A stretch of 64,000 nucleotides of DNA from an uncultured Chromatiales bacterium (lineage in GTDB: Bacteria; Pseudomonadota; Gammaproteobacteria; Poriferisulfidales; Oxydemutatoraceae). The notes under the pieces were generated by a model. That model was not told the DNA's origin. It saw nothing but the letters and a program-made list of their open reading frames with translations, and searched no databases. Below, piece after piece: positions 1 through 12,506 of the stretch. The DNA lies in the NCBI GenBank assembly GCA_964347615.1, contig CAYFZO010000001.1, forward strand, positions 61,559 to 125,558, read 5' to 3'. Numbering within the stretch: the first letter of the stretch is position 1; the number at the start of each line of letters is the position of its first letter. The position numbers and the translations under genes were made by a program.

Positions 1-331
1 GAAACCATCCTCGCGGGTCGTGCTCGCTTATCCAGCCTTTCTCTTGCCACGTCCGCAGGGACTGACTTGCGGCAACTCCGAAGTAATTCAGTCTTTTATC
101 ACTTTTATCGGCGGCGAATTTCGCTTTCTTGAACCAATCCTCGGGAAACTCGGCTTTGCAGTCCCTCATGTACACGCCGCCGAACACGCCGAGCGCCAGC
201 ATTTCCCTGGGGGTCAGTTCCGGCTGGAACGCCTTGTCAAAATTCTTGCCGGCGGGTTCGCTACACGTGTAGGTGTATCCCCGCTGCATCCGGTCGTTGA
301 CGACGACTCTCCTCACGCGCGAAAACCCCAT
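1..331 (-). CDS. conserved hypothetical protein, N-terminal part only (ORF runs off the left edge)
   Basis: My own minus-strand translation: ATG at 331, then open to position 1 (MGFSRVRRVVVNDRMQRGYTYTCSEPAGKNFDKAFQPELTPREMLALGVFGG...EHDPRGWF). Third positions are GC-rich like the neighbours. Absent from the ORF track because there is no stop in the window. No family name recognised. Confidence 0.5.
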   Translation of the reverse strand, partial: MGFSRVRRVVVNDRMQRGYTYTCSEPAGKNFDKAFQPELTPREMLALGVFGGVYMRDCKAEFPEDWFKKAKFAADKSDKRLNYFGVAASQSLRTWQEKGWISEHDPRGWF

Positions 332-333
332 GA

Positions 334-424
334 TGGCGGAGAGAGAGGGATTCGAACCCTCGATACGGAGTTACCGTATACACGCTTTCCAAGCGTGCGC
401 CTTCGACCGCTCGGCCATCTCTCC
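334..424 (-). tRNA. tRNA-Ser (anticodon GGA)
   Basis: Reverse complement reads GGAGAGATGGCCGAGCGGTCGAAGGCGCACGCTTGGAAAGCGTGTATACGGTAACTCCGTATCGAGGGTTCGAATCCCTCTCTCTCCGCCA. It has a 7-bp acceptor stem, anticodon loop TTGGAAA, a long variable arm, a GGTTCGAATCC T-arm and an encoded CCA. Confidence 0.9.
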
Positions 425-438
425 GTCGACTTATCTTA

Positions 439-560
439 GGAAACTATAAACGAAAGTCGACGTCGAGGCGCGTATCAATTTGCCCCCTCATGCCGACCAA
501 CGTCGCCTCCTCCACGTCCAGCAGCCCCGTTCTTGAAAGCCGTCCCCGAGGGTCATTCCC
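439..560 (+). repeat. intergenic repeat family, copy A
   Basis: ggaaactataaacgaaagtcgacgtcga...cgtatcaatttg...tcatgccgaccaacgtcgcc...cacgtccag..gccccgttc aligns by eye with copies at 12305, 28328 and 46333. The right boundary is approximate. Confidence 0.7.
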
Positions 561-765
561 GGGGATCGTTCCCGATTGCACGACCCAGAGCGAGAACCAT
601 CGGCGCGCCGGCATCGAGATCGTTCTCGACAAACCGATTCCATACCCGGCGGCAAGCACCTGCCTGCAACGTCAACTTCTTCGCCTTCAACTCACTCTTC
701 GGGTGAACGTGACAACGGATTGTCCGGCGAATCTTCATGGAGCCGTTTCAACGCCCGTTTGCCAA

Positions 766-1104
766 CTATTTTACTTTGTCGGTGCTGCCTTCGGTGTAGG
801 CCGGACGGTGCAGCTGCGCAACTTTGTCGCTGATGGCGGTGATCTTGGCGGCACCGGTTTTCTCGACTTCCTCGACGCGGATGATCGAGTGCATCGGGAC
901 GAACAGGCGTTTGACGTCGCGGAACTCGCGTCTCATGCGTTCTTCCGAAGGGTCAACGACCAGCGAGTCCGGGCTCGCGCGACCGAAGTTGATTTCCTCG
1001 ATCGCGATAAAGCCGAACAGGTCGGCTTGATAGACCTTGGCGGCGTAGATCTCGTACGCCTCTTCCTGGTTGATGAACGCGACTTTATAGAGTGTTTTGC
1101 TCAT
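766..1104 (-). CDS. DUF1820 family protein
   Basis: 112 aa. MSKTLYKVAFINQEEAYEIYAAKVYQADLFGFIAIEE..VVDPSEERMRREF..VKRLFVPMHSIIRVEEV matches my recollection of the DUF1820 pattern. Confidence 0.7.
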   Translation of the reverse strand: MSKTLYKVAFINQEEAYEIYAAKVYQADLFGFIAIEEINFGRASPDSLVVDPSEERMRREFRDVKRLFVPMHSIIRVEEVEKTGAAKITAISDKVAQLHRPAYTEGSTDKVK

Positions 1105-1180
1105 GGCTTACCGGCGCCGCTCAGGCGCCTTTCTTAAGTCGCGGTGATTTTAACAGCAAGGGCAGTGTCAAGACGCGCGG

Positions 1181-3930
1181 TCACGGCGCTTCTATTCTCA
1201 ACGCACAGAACTTGAACTCCGGAATCTTGCCGTAGGGGTCGAGCGCCTCGTTGGTGAGCAGGTTGGCGGCGGCTTCATGGTAACAGAAAGGCATGAACAC
1301 CTGCCCCGGAATCAAGCCGTCGTCGCTTCTGGCGTAACATTCGATCGTGCCGCGCCGTGAGGTCAGCCGGATCGTCTCGCCCGGCCGCACCTTGATTTGC
1401 GCCAAATCGTCAGGGTGAACCGAGGCAACCGGCAAGGGTTCGATCGCGTCAAGCACCGACGCGCGTCGGGTCATCGCGCCGGTGTGCCAATGCTCGAGTT
1501 GTCTGCCGGTGATGAAGATGCAGGGGTATTCGTCGTCGGGCAGCTCGTCGGCGTTGGTCAGTTCGGCGGGCACGAATTTGCCGCGTCCGTTGGCCGTCGG
1601 GAATTGTTCGGTGAAGATGACGGGTTGCCCGGGATCGGCCTCTTCGGTGCAGGGATAGGTGACCGAATGTTCCTCTTCAAGCCGCTCCCAGGTGATGCCG
1701 GCGATGCTGCTCATCCCCCGACGCATTTCATCGAACACTTCGGAGACGTGCTCATAGCACCAGTCCAAGCCGATTCGCTTGGCAATCTCCTGGATAATCC
1801 ACAAGTCCTGTTTCGCTTGCCCGGGCGGAGAAACCGCTTGGCGCCCGAGTTGCACCCGTCGGTCGGTGTTCGTGTAGGTGCCGGTTTTCTCGGGAAACGC
1901 CGACGCCGGCAGGATCACGTCGGCGAACAGCGCGGTTTCGGTCAGGAAGACGTCCTGCACGACAAGGTGCTCGAGCCGTGCGAGCGCGGCACGCGCGTGA
2001 GACAGATTGGGGTCGGACATCGCGGGATTCTCACCCATGATGTACATGCCTTTGATTTGCCCGTCGTGAATCGCGTGCATGATTTCGACGACCGTGAGGC
2101 CGGGGTTCGGATCAAGCACGGCGTTCCACAGTTTCTCCCAGCGCGCGCGCAAGGCGGCGTCGTCAACGCGTTGGTAGTCGGGAAAGACCATCGGAATCAG
2201 ACCGACGTCGGAGGCACCTTGCACGTTGTTCTGCCCACGCAACGGGTGCAGACCGGTGCCGGGGCGGCCAATCTGCCCGGTCATCAGCGACAGCGCAATC
2301 AGGCAGCGGGCGTTGTCGGTGCCGTGGACGTGTTGCGAAATGCCCATGCCCCAGAAGATCATCGAGCCCCGCGACGAGGCGTAACGTCTGGCGACCTCGT
2401 GAATGACGTCGGCCTCGACGCCGCAGATCTTGGCAACCCGTTCGGGGCTGAAGCTTTCGAGGTGGCGGTGCAGTTCGTCGAAACCTTCGGTGCGTGCCTT
2501 GATGAAAGCCTCGTCGGTCAACCCTTGCTTGATGATCGAGTGCATGAGTGCGTTCAGCAACGCGACGTCGGTGTCGGGCTTGAATTGCAGAAAGTAGTCG
2601 GCGTGGCGCGCAAGTTCGGTTCGCCGCGGATCAATCACGATCAGGGTCTTGCCGCGCCGGGCGGCGTTTTTCATGAAGGTCGCGGCGACGGGGTGGTTGA
2701 CCGTGGGGTTCGCGCCGATGACGACGATGACTTCGGCTCGGTCCACGTCGGCGACCTGGTTCGACACCGCGCCGGAGCCGATGCCCTCAAGCAGCGCGGC
2801 GACCGACGACGCGTGGCACAGCCGCGTGCAGTGGTCCACGTTGTTGTTGGCGAAGCCGATGCGCACGAGCTTCTGGAAGAGATAGGCCTCTTCGTTCGAT
2901 CCCTTGGCCGAACCGAAGCCCGCAAGGGCCGCCGGGCCGTCTTTCTCCTTGATCGCTTTCAAACCGTCCGCGGCGACGGCGAGCGCTTCTTCCCAGTCGG
3001 CTTCGCGGAACGTCGCGGCGACGTCGGCTTCGGTGACGCTCTCGACGTCGGCGACCTTGGGCGCGCCGGCGACGCGGATCAGAGGCGTGGTCAGGCGGTC
3101 TTTGCTGTAGATGTAATCGAAGCCGTAGCGTCCCTTGACGCACAGGCGTCCGTGATTCGACGGGCCGTTGCGTCCTTCGACGTAGGTGATTCTCTCGTCG
3201 CTGACGTTGTAGGTCAGCAGGCAACCGACGCCGCAGTACGGGCAGACCGACTCGACCCGGCGCTCCGGTTTCTTGAGCCCGGCTTGCCTTGCCGGCATCA
3301 ACGCGCCGGTCGGGCAGGCTTGCACGCATTCACCGCAACCGACGCAGCTGCTCCGCCCCATCGGGTCGTCCAGATCAAACACGATCAACGATTCCGCGCC
3401 GCGTCGGGCGTAGCCGATGACGTCGTTGTTCTGTTCTTCGCGGCAAGCGCGCACGCAGCGGGTGCATTGGATGCAGGCGTCGAGGTTGACCGCGATTCCC
3501 GGATGGGAAAGGTCGACGGTCGGCTGGTTCCTCGGCGCAAAGCGGGGCGCGCCGAGTCCGAGCTTGCCCGACCAGTAGTCGAGCTCGTTGTGCAGCGTGT
3601 ATTCGGTCTGCGGCATGTCGGATTGCAGCAGCTCCAGCACCATCTTCTGTGCACGGCGGACGCGGTCGCCGTTCAAGCTGACCTTCATGCCCGCCTCCGC
3701 TTTGCGCACGCACGCCGGCTGCAACAGCCGCTCGCCTTCGATCTCGACCACGCAGGCGCGGCAATTGCCGTCGGGACGCATTCCCTCACGGTAACAAAGG
3801 TGAGGGATCTCGCAGCCGCGACGCTTGGCCGCGCTCAGGATGGTCTCGCCTTCACCCGCGGTGAAAGTCTTGCCGTCTATGCTGAACTCGACGGCGGATT
3901 CGGACTCAAGCTGTTTCGGATTGGCCGCCA

Positions 3931-3931
<1 letters not shown>
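1181..3931 (-). CDS. fdsA: NAD-dependent formate dehydrogenase alpha subunit (molybdopterin, Cys-type)
   Basis: 916 aa. N-terminal 2Fe-2S motif (CYREGMRPDGNCRAC) and several 4Fe-4S Cys clusters precede a molybdopterin oxidoreductase body. The active-site context HCTRLCHASS has Cys, with no in-frame TGA. The start overlaps the upstream stop (TAATG). Confidence 0.9.
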
Positions 3932-5646
<1,715 letters not shown>

Positions 5647-5813
5647 CCTGAGACGCCGGCGCGAGTCCGTTCCTTTTCGCCGAATCGGAATAAGCAGTGC
5701 GGCTGTATCGCTCCCTATATTACCGCGGCGGGGCGGGTGCTGCACGATGTCGGGCGACGTCGGCGGCAAAGGACGTGAATGCCGGGTTGAACGTCACGTC
5801 CGAGAATGGGGCC

Positions 5814-5918
5814 TCCGGAAGCGGAGTTGCCGGGCATGGAGACGACGACGTCGGTCGGCCTCTGAAGCGTCAAATCGATACCGGCGTGCCTCGTGCGTAT
5901 CCTTGATAATGGTTTCCC
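5814..5918 (-). repeat. intergenic repeat family, copy E (inverted orientation)
   Basis: The plus strand reads ...gacgacgacgtcggtcggcctctgaagcgtcaaatcgataccgg...gtatccttgataatggtttccc. This is the reverse complement of the family core (cgtatcgatttgacgcttca..gccgacc.acgtcg). The boundaries are approximate. Confidence 0.6.
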
Positions 5919-5987
5919 TGTATGATGATTCAACGCATGATTATTCAACCCGGGCGTTTGCCGGGCAATCAACTTAAGGAGGATGCG

Positions 5988-6374
5988 ATGGGATGGAGAG
6001 ACATCAAGGCCGAGGAGACCTACTCTGAGGAGGCGATCGAAGAGCGCCTGAAGGAAGAGCTGCCGCATTGGCACTACGAAAACGGATGGATCCGCAGAAA
6101 GTATAAAACGCACGGATGGAAAGGCACCTTGATGGTGGTCAACACGGTCGGGCACTTGAGCGAGGCGGCGTTTCACCATCCGGACTTGACGGTGTCGTAC
6201 GCGTTCGTAATCGTCAAACTGATGAACCACGCCGCCAAGGGCGTGACCAACAAGGACTTCGAACTGGCGAAGAAGATCGAGGAAGTGATTCAGTGGCAAC
6301 CCGGCAAGGAGGGCGGCGCACTTGAGGGCACGCCGTCGGACCAGCGCTTCGCCTACTTAAGATACGACGATTGA
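5988..6374 (+). CDS. phhB: pterin-4-alpha-carbinolamine dehydratase family protein
   Basis: AAFHHPDLTVSY motif and the overall PCD-like pattern. ATG at 5988 is preceded by aaggagga. The track ORF start at 5922 lacks an RBS. Confidence 0.75.
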   Translation: MGWRDIKAEETYSEEAIEERLKEELPHWHYENGWIRRKYKTHGWKGTLMVVNTVGHLSEAAFHHPDLTVSYAFVIVKLMNHAAKGVTNKDFELAKKIEEVIQWQPGKEGGALEGTPSDQRFAYLRYDD

Positions 6375-7273
6375 GTCCCGCCGCCCGGCGGCCGGGCGTG
6401 AAAAACCCGCTTGGGGCGGAGGCGTTCGCCGTCCGATTCGGCGACGGCGAGCAGACGCCCGTGCTCGTCGTAGACCCGAAGCAGCCCGTCCGCCGGCAAG
6501 CCGTCGGCGGCGACCCAACCACCGCAACGCAAGCTGTCGGATCGCGCTTCGTCGAGACCGACCGCCGGCAGATGCTGCAACCCCGCGTCAACCGGCAACA
6601 GCCGTTGAGCGATCTCTTGCGGATCGTCGCGGCACGCGTCGAGCGTTTGCACGTCCACCGCGTCGTCGATCGAAAACCCGCCCGACGCGGTTCGCCTCAA
6701 CGACGAGAGGTGCGCGACCGTACCCAAGGCGCTTCCCATATCTTCGGCAAGCACGCGCACGTAAGTACCCTTTGAGCAGTGCACGTCAAAACAAAACCCG
6801 ACGGCGGAAAGGCTCTTGAGCGCAAGCGAATGGATGGTTACGCGACGCGGCTTGCGCTCGACCGTCCGCCCGCGTCGCGCGAGCCGATGCAGACGCTCGC
6901 CCCCGACCTTGAGCGCCGAGTGCATCGGCGGCGTCTGTTGCAGTTCGCCGGTGAACCGGCCGAACAACGCTTTCAGGCGGGTCTCGTCGGGCGCAACGTA
7001 ATCGCAGGTCTCGAGCGTCTCGCCGGCGGCGTCGCCGGTCGAGGTCTTCACTCCCAGACGTACGCAGGCCCGGTAACGCTTGGACTGCCCGCTCAGGTGA
7101 TGCAACACCTTGACGCCTTCGCCGACGCCGACGATCAGCAAGCCCGTCGCCGACGGGTCGAGCGTGCCGGCGTGTCCGGCCTTGACGTTCAGGATTTTTC
7201 CGACGCGGCGCGCAATCCACGCCGAAGTCCGTCCGGCGGGCTTGTCTATGAGCAACAGACCGTCACGGTTCAT
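6353..7273 (-). CDS. truB: tRNA pseudouridine(55) synthase
   Basis: LLLIDKPAGRTS and GHAGTLDPSATGLL motifs, in the conserved position after rbfA. Start is either ATG 7273 or TTG 7294. Confidence 0.92.
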   Translation of the reverse strand: MNRDGLLLIDKPAGRTSAWIARRVGKILNVKAGHAGTLDPSATGLLIVGVGEGVKVLHHLSGQSKRYRACVRLGVKTSTGDAAGETLETCDYVAPDETRLKALFGRFTGELQQTPPMHSALKVGGERLHRLARRGRTVERKPRRVTIHSLALKSLSAVGFCFDVHCSKGTYVRVLAEDMGSALGTVAHLSSLRRTASGGFSIDDAVDVQTLDACRDDPQEIAQRLLPVDAGLQHLPAVGLDEARSDSLRCGGWVAADGLPADGLLRVYDEHGRLLAVAESDGERLRPKRVFHARPPGGGTQSSYLK

Positions 7274-7290
7274 CACGGACGTGTTTCGGG

Positions 7291-7698
7291 TCAAGCCGGA
7301 AAGCAGCCTTTGTCTTTCGCGCCGGAGGTTTTGGCACGGGTCTTGACGCCGCGACGCTTTTCTTCGGCGAGCAACCGCTCTATTCGCTCACTGCGCCGTT
7401 CGGTGTCGTCGTCCAAAAACCGCAGCTTGGGCACGGCGCGCAGGTCCAGACGGTCGGCGAGCGCGGCGCGCAGAAACCCGGTTGCCCGGTCGAGCCCGGC
7501 CAGGACTCCGGCACGCCCGCCGGTATCGCCGGGGAGCATCAGATAAACCTTTGCCAAAGACAGGTCCCGACTGAGCTCGACGTCGGAAATCACCGCACCC
7601 GCGGCACCGGGATCCCTGACTTCGTCCCTCAGCAGCCGGGTCAGCTCACGCTTGACCAGCGCGGCGACGCGCAACGCCCTGTCGCTGCTTTCCCGCAC
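7291..7698 (-). CDS. rbfA: ribosome-binding factor A
   Basis: (V)RESSDRALRVAALVKRELTRLLRDEV resembles an RbfA N-terminus. GTG at 7698 lies just after the infB stop. The track ORF start (7800) would overlap infB. Confidence 0.85.
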   Translation of the reverse strand: MRESSDRALRVAALVKRELTRLLRDEVRDPGAAGAVISDVELSRDLSLAKVYLMLPGDTGGRAGVLAGLDRATGFLRAALADRLDLRAVPKLRFLDDDTERRSERIERLLAEEKRRGVKTRAKTSGAKDKGCFPA

Positions 7699-7709
7699 GC
7701 GTGCAACAC

Positions 7710-10169
7710 CTACAATTCCCGCCGCACTTCGACCTGTTCGTAGACTTCGATGCTGTCGCCGGGTCTGACGTCGTTGTAGTTCTTGACCGCGATGCCGCAC
7801 TCAACGCCCGAGTTGACTTCGCCGACGTCGTCCTTATGCCGACGCAAGGATTCAAGGCCGCCTTCGAAAATCACCACGTTGTCACGAAGCACCCGGATCG
7901 GGTTGCCGCGTTTGACGCTGCCCTCGACAACTTGGCAACCGGCCACCGCCCCCATCTTCGACGACCGGAACACGTCCTTGACCTCGGCGACGCCGACGAT
8001 TCTTTCCTTGACTTCAGGACGGAGCATGCCCGACATGATCTTACGGACGTCGTCTATCGCTTCGTAGATGACGCTGTAATAGCGAATCTGCACGTCCTCG
8101 GCTTGAGCCGTCTTGCGTGCTTGGGCGTCGGCGCGCACGTTGAAGCCGATGACGACGGCCCCCGACGCCGCCGCAAGGTCAACGTCGGACTCGTTGATCC
8201 CGCCGATGCCGGATGAAATGATCTTGTTGCTGACTTCCCCGGCCGAAAGCGCGGTCAAAGAATCCCTCAAGGCCTCGGCGCTGCCCTGAACGTCGGCTTT
8301 GACCAACAGATTCAAGACCGAAGGCGGCTCTTTTTCGAGGTGCTCGAAGATGTTTTCGGCAATCATCTGCGGCTTTTGGCTCGCCAGTTTTCCTTCGCGC
8401 ACCTTGCGGCTGCGGAATTCGGCGATTTCGCGCGCCTTGCGCTCGCTCGACACCACCCGCACTTCTTCACCCGCCTCGGGCGCGCCCGAAAGACCGAGCA
8501 CGACGGCCGGTATCGAAGGCTTGGCCGAAGCCAGCGCCTTGCCGTTCTCGTCGAGCAGCACTCGCACCCGACCGAATTCGCGCCCTGCAAGCAGGACGTC
8601 GCCTTTATTCAAGGTCCCCTGCCGGACCAGCACCGTGGCCACCGGGCCGCGCCCCCTGTCCAAAGCCGACTCGATCACGATGCCGCGCGCGGGCCCGGCA
8701 ATCGGCGCCTTCAGTTCCATGACCTCGACTTGCAGCAGAACCGCTTCGAGCAGCGCGTCTATTCCTTCGCCGGTTTTGGCGGAGACTTCGACAAAGATAT
8801 TCTCGCCTCTCCACGCTTCCGGCGTGATTCCCTTTTTCGAAAGGTCGCCCTTGATCTTGTCGACGTCGGCGTCTTCCTTATCTATCTTGTTGACCGCAAC
8901 GACAATCGGCACGCCGGCGGCGCGCGAATGTTCAATCGCCTCTTCGGTTTGCGGCATCACGCCGTCGTCGGCCGCCACCACCAAGACCACGATATCGGTG
9001 GCGTTCGCGCCGCGCGCTCGCATCGAGGTAAACGCCGCGTGTCCCGGGGTATCGAGAAAGGTGACGTCCCCCTTGGCGACACTCACGTGATACGCACCGA
9101 TGTGCTGAGTGATGCCACCGGCTTCGGCGTCCGCCACCTGAGACTTGCGGATGCAATCAAGCAAGGACGTCTTGCCGTGATCAACGTGCCCCATCACGGT
9201 TACCACCGGCGCCCGCGGCAGGGCTTCGGCGTCGGCGACGGGCTCGTCGGCGAGCAGGAATTTCTCAAGGTTCGCCTCGCTGACCGGCTTCGCCGAGTGC
9301 CCCAGATCCTCGACAATCAAGATTGCGGTGTCCTGATCGAGGGTTTGGTTGATGGTCGCCATCATGCCCATACCGATCATCTCCTTGATCAACTCACCGC
9401 TCTTGATCGCAAGACGCTGAGAGAGCTCCCCGACCGAAATCGTCTCGGGCACCTCGATGTCGCGCTTGACCGGCGCGGTCGGCCTCTCGAATTCCTGTTT
9501 TCTGGGCTGGATGACCTTTTCGAGCCTGACGCGTTTCTTCTTGGCTTTACGTTTGCCGCGCTTCTCCTTGGCGACCTTGAGTTCGCGCCGGCCTTCTTTC
9601 TTTTCACCGCCGGCGGCAACTTTGGCGGCAGGTGCCGCTTTCTCTTGACGCCGCTTCGGCGTCGCGACGGCCGGGGCGACCGGGGCTCGCTCGGCCGCCT
9701 TCTTATCCGGTTTTGCCGCTTTCTCATCGGGCCTGACCCCGGCTTTGACTCCGGCTTTGACCCCGGACTTGACCCCGGGCTTAACCCCGGGCTTGACCCC
9801 GGGCTTAACCTCGGGTTTGTCCGGTTTTTCCCCTGGTTTCGGCTGCGGTTTCTTCTCGGGTTCAGACGCTTTGGCCTGCTCCTCCGGCAATGCTTTCTTG
9901 TCGACGTAGACTTTCCTCTTTCTGACCTCAACGTTGACGGTGCTGGGGCCGGAGGTCCTGCTCTTGACCTTGATCTGAGAGACGCTTTTTCGGCGCAGGG
10001 TGACACGGTCCCTTTTCTTGAGGGACTGAATCAGCTGCATCTTCTCCTCTTCGCTGATGACGTCGCTCGCTGATTTGCCCGGCAGGCCGGCCTTTTCCAT
10101 CTGCCCGATCAATTGCTCGACCGGCTTGCCGATTGATTTCGCCAATTGTTCGAGTGTTACTTTGGCCAT
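7710..10169 (-). CDS. infB: translation initiation factor IF-2
   Basis: G-domain motifs [21 protein letters not shown] and [19 protein letters not shown] is an IF2-type N-terminus from ATG 10169. Confidence 0.95.
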   Translation of the reverse strand: MAKVTLEQLAKSIGKPVEQLIGQMEKAGLPGKSASDVISEEEKMQLIQSLKKRDRVTLRRKSVSQIKVKSRTSGPSTVNVEVRKRKVYVDKKALPEEQAKASEPEKKPQPKPGEKPDKPEVKPGVKPGVKPGVKSGVKAGVKAGVRPDEKAAKPDKKAAERAPVAPAVATPKRRQEKAAPAAKVAAGGEKKEGRRELKVAKEKRGKRKAKKKRVRLEKVIQPRKQEFERPTAPVKRDIEVPETISVGELSQRLAIKSGELIKEMIGMGMMATINQTLDQDTAILIVEDLGHSAKPVSEANLEKFLLADEPVADAEALPRAPVVTVMGHVDHGKTSLLDCIRKSQVADAEAGGITQHIGAYHVSVAKGDVTFLDTPGHAAFTSMRARGANATDIVVLVVAADDGVMPQTEEAIEHSRAAGVPIVVAVNKIDKEDADVDKIKGDLSKKGITPEAWRGENIFVEVSAKTGEGIDALLEAVLLQVEVMELKAPIAGPARGIVIESALDRGRGPVATVLVRQGTLNKGDVLLAGREFGRVRVLLDENGKALASAKPSIPAVVLGLSGAPEAGEEVRVVSSERKAREIAEFRSRKVREGKLASQKPQMIAENIFEHLEKEPPSVLNLLVKADVQGSAEALRDSLTALSAGEVSNKIISSGIGGINESDVDLAAASGAVVIGFNVRADAQARKTAQAEDVQIRYYSVIYEAIDDVRKIMSGMLRPEVKERIVGVAEVKDVFRSSKMGAVAGCQVVEGSVKRGNPIRVLRDNVVIFEGGLESLRRHKDDVGEVNSGVECGIAVKNYNDVRPGDSIEVYEQVEVRREL
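9735..9818. repeat. in-frame 12-bp tandem repeat (about 7 units) inside infB
   Basis: gaccccggcttt/gactccggcttt/gaccccggactt/gaccccgggctt/aaccccgggctt/gaccccgggctt/aacctcgggttt encodes the [16 protein letters not shown] stretch of the IF2 N-terminal linker. Confidence 0.8.
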
Positions 10170-10189
10170 GCCCGCACGCACGCCCGGCG

Positions 10190-11728
10190 TTATTGCGCCG
10201 GCCGGCCCTCCGGCGCCCCCTGCGACGGCGGGTCTTCGGGCGGCGTCTCAAACCACGGTGCCCGCGCCGCCATAATCAGACTTGCCGCCTTTTCCTTGTC
10301 CATGCCTTCGACGTCCTCAACCAGATCCTCGATGCCTTGTTCGGCAAGGTCCTCGAGCGTATGAATCCCGGCCTCTTCCAACTTGCGCGCCAGCGCCTCG
10401 TCAACGCCGTCTATGCCCAGCAGGCTGTTGTGCGCCTGCTTTTCCTTGCTGTCGTCGTCGATCGCCATGGACAACAACACGTCGCCGGCGCGCTCACGCA
10501 GCTCCCCGACCATCGTCTTATCGAACTCCTCGATTCGCAACAGCTCGTCAACGGGAACGTAGGCAATCTCCTCTATGCTGGAAAAACCTTCCTGCACCAA
10601 GATTCCCGCGACTTCCTCGTCAACGGAGAGTTTCTCCCTGAACAGCTTCTGAAGCGCCTGAACCTCCTGCTCGCTTTTCTCGTCGGCCTGATTCTCGGTC
10701 ATCACGTTCAATTCCCAGGCGGTCAGCTGGCTTGCAAGCTTGATGTTCTGTCCGCCGCGGCCGATCGCCTGCGACAGCTTGTCCTCCTCGACCGCAATGT
10801 CCATGCTGTGCTTTTCCTCGTCAACAACGATCGACACCACTTCGGCCGGGGACATGGCGTTGATGACGTATTGCGCTGGAGACTCGTCCCACAGAATGAT
10901 GTCAACCCGCTCGCCCGCCAGTTCGTTGGAGACGGCTTGCACACGCGAGCCCCGCATCCCGACGCAAGCGCCGATCGGATCGAGGCGCGGGTCGTTCGAG
11001 AGCACCGCGATCTTGGCGCGCAGACCCGGGTCGCGTGCGGCGCCTTTGATTTCAATCAGACCCTGCCCGATTTCCGGCACCTCGAGCTTGAAAAGCTCGA
11101 CCAGGAACTCGGGTGCGGTACGGGACAACTCCAGCTGAGAGCCGTGATGGTCGTCGCCGACCCCCTTGAGATAAACGCGAATGCGATCGCCTGGGCGAAA
11201 ATTCTCACGCACGATGAGCTGCTCCCTGGGAATAAACCCTTCGGCGTTGTCGCCGAGGTCTATGAACACCCCGGCGTGCTCCTCGCGCTTGACGATGCCC
11301 ATAACCAACTCACCCACGCGGTCCCTGTATATATCAACGACGCGCGCTCTTTCCGCCTCGCGCATCTTCTGCACGATGACCTGTTTCGCCGTGTGCGCGG
11401 CGATGCGCCCGAAAGACCCGGCGTCCATCGGCTCTTCGATGTAGTCGCCGTCCTGCGCGTCGGGTTTTTTCTCTCGCGCCTGAGACAACAGCATCTGATA
11501 ATCGGGGGATTCGAAATCCGGAGATTCGTCGTCCAGCACCAACCAGCGGCGAAACGTCCGGCACTCGCCCGACTCCCGGTCCATATCGACGCGGACGTCG
11601 AAATCGTGCCCGTAATCCTTACGCACGACCGCGGCAAGCGCCGCCTCCATCGCGCCGATGATGTCTTCCTTGTTGAGACTCTTCTCGTTACAGACGGTCT
11701 CGATCACCGATAGAACTTCTTTGTTCAT
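10190..11728 (-). CDS. nusA: transcription termination/antitermination factor NusA
   Basis: 512 aa. [12 protein letters not shown]...NEKSL N-terminus, S1/KH-type middle and acidic C-terminal repeats, positioned between rimP and infB. Confidence 0.95.
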   Translation of the reverse strand: MNKEVLSVIETVCNEKSLNKEDIIGAMEAALAAVVRKDYGHDFDVRVDMDRESGECRTFRRWLVLDDESPDFESPDYQMLLSQAREKKPDAQDGDYIEEPMDAGSFGRIAAHTAKQVIVQKMREAERARVVDIYRDRVGELVMGIVKREEHAGVFIDLGDNAEGFIPREQLIVRENFRPGDRIRVYLKGVGDDHHGSQLELSRTAPEFLVELFKLEVPEIGQGLIEIKGAARDPGLRAKIAVLSNDPRLDPIGACVGMRGSRVQAVSNELAGERVDIILWDESPAQYVINAMSPAEVVSIVVDEEKHSMDIAVEEDKLSQAIGRGGQNIKLASQLTAWELNVMTENQADEKSEQEVQALQKLFREKLSVDEEVAGILVQEGFSSIEEIAYVPVDELLRIEEFDKTMVGELRERAGDVLLSMAIDDDSKEKQAHNSLLGIDGVDEALARKLEEAGIHTLEDLAEQGIEDLVEDVEGMDKEKAASLIMAARAPWFETPPEDPPSQGAPEGRPAQ

Positions 11729-11753
11729 CTTTCGCCTCGTTTTCGCTCCTTTG

Positions 11754-12209
11754 TCAAACGGCTTCGAATATCAGGTTTGCGCGCTTGATGCCGTCAACCG
11801 GAATCTCGACGCAGCCGTCGCTGGTTTCCAATGTCACAACGCGCTCTTGGACCGCGCCGATCCGTCCGATGAACCTTCTTCTGCCGCTGATCGGCGCGTA
11901 ACAGCTCACGCGCGCCTTGCTGCCGGTGTAGCACCGGTAGTGCTCGACTTCAAGCAGCGGTCTCTCGACCCCGGGCGAAGAAATCTCAAGCGTGTACGCT
12001 TGCCTTATCGGATCCTCGACGTCGAGTACGCCGCTGAGCTGACGGCTGACCGACGAGCAATCGTCGTGGATGATGCCCTCGGGATGGTCTATGAAGACAC
12101 GCAGCAAGCCGCGGCGCCTTCCCGCGCTGAACTCGATACCCCAGCATTGGTAGCCCAATTGTTCGACGACGCGTTTGACGATCGAGTGTAAATCGCTGTC
12201 GGCACGCAT
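11754..12209 (-). CDS. rimP: ribosome maturation factor RimP
   Basis: ATG 12209 is preceded by ggaggaag. The product is about 150 aa and sits directly upstream of nusA, as in the conserved operon. Confidence 0.85.
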   Translation of the reverse strand: MRADSDLHSIVKRVVEQLGYQCWGIEFSAGRRRGLLRVFIDHPEGIIHDDCSSVSRQLSGVLDVEDPIRQAYTLEISSPGVERPLLEVEHYRCYTGSKARVSCYAPISGRRRFIGRIGAVQERVVTLETSDGCVEIPVDGIKRANLIFEAV

Positions 12210-12227
12210 AAAACGCTTCCTCCATAA

Positions 12228-12262
12228 CAAAAAAAAGCCCCTGTGCTGCACAGGGGCTTTTT
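12228..12262 (-). terminator. intrinsic terminator / leader attenuator upstream of rimP
   Basis: A 10-bp GC-rich stem (agcccctgtg / cacaggggct) has a 3-nt loop. It is followed on the minus strand by TTTTTTTT and on the plus strand by TTTTT. It ends about 19 nt before the rimP RBS. Confidence 0.8.
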
Positions 12263-12288
12263 AGCCAACGTCCTGTTTGTCGCTGCCC

Positions 12289-12299
12289 ATTATATAGCA
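12289..12299 (-). promoter_or_regulatory. candidate extended -10 promoter (TGCTATATAAT) for the rimP leader
   Basis: The minus strand reads gaagcTGCTATATAATggg. No convincing -35 was found. Confidence 0.3.
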
Positions 12300-12304
12300 G
12301 CTTC

Positions 12305-12422
12305 GGGGAATTATATACAAAAGTCGACAAAGACTTCCGTATCAATTTGACGCTTCACGGACCGACCAACGTCGCCGCGTCCGCGTCCGGTTGCCCACGT
12401 TCCCGAAAGCCTCGTTCCCGGA
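12305..12422 (+). repeat. intergenic repeat family, copy B
   Basis: ggggaattatatacaaaagtcgac...ccgtatcaatttgacgcttcacggaccgaccaacgtcgccgcgtccgcgtcc...cgttcccgaaagcctcgttcccgg. Confidence 0.7.
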
Positions 12423-12506
12423 CAAGAGGTTCAATGCGGCATCGACGTCCGGGTCGGTTCCGCCGCGAGACGCACCGGAGTTAAACGAGCACGCCGGCAA
12501 AAGCGG

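Noticed and set aside
20-439. 139-aa plus-strand ORF at the left edge.
   Set aside because: It runs through the tRNA-Ser gene and lies antisense to a better minus-strand ORF (1-331). No recognisable motifs.
444-659. Apparently conserved peptide (..LDVEEATLVGMRGQIDTRLDVDF..) shared with ORF 28321-28524, suggesting a small protein gene.
   Set aside because: The similarity follows the nucleotide repeat. In copy B the same frame has a stop, and in copy D the frame differs. The conservation is therefore at the DNA or RNA level, not the protein level.
5647-5815. Possible Moco riboswitch in the formate dehydrogenase leader.
   Set aside because: I cannot reproduce the Moco motif consensus from memory well enough, and I see no convincing multi-stem structure. 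This needs cmscan (RF01055) before any claim.
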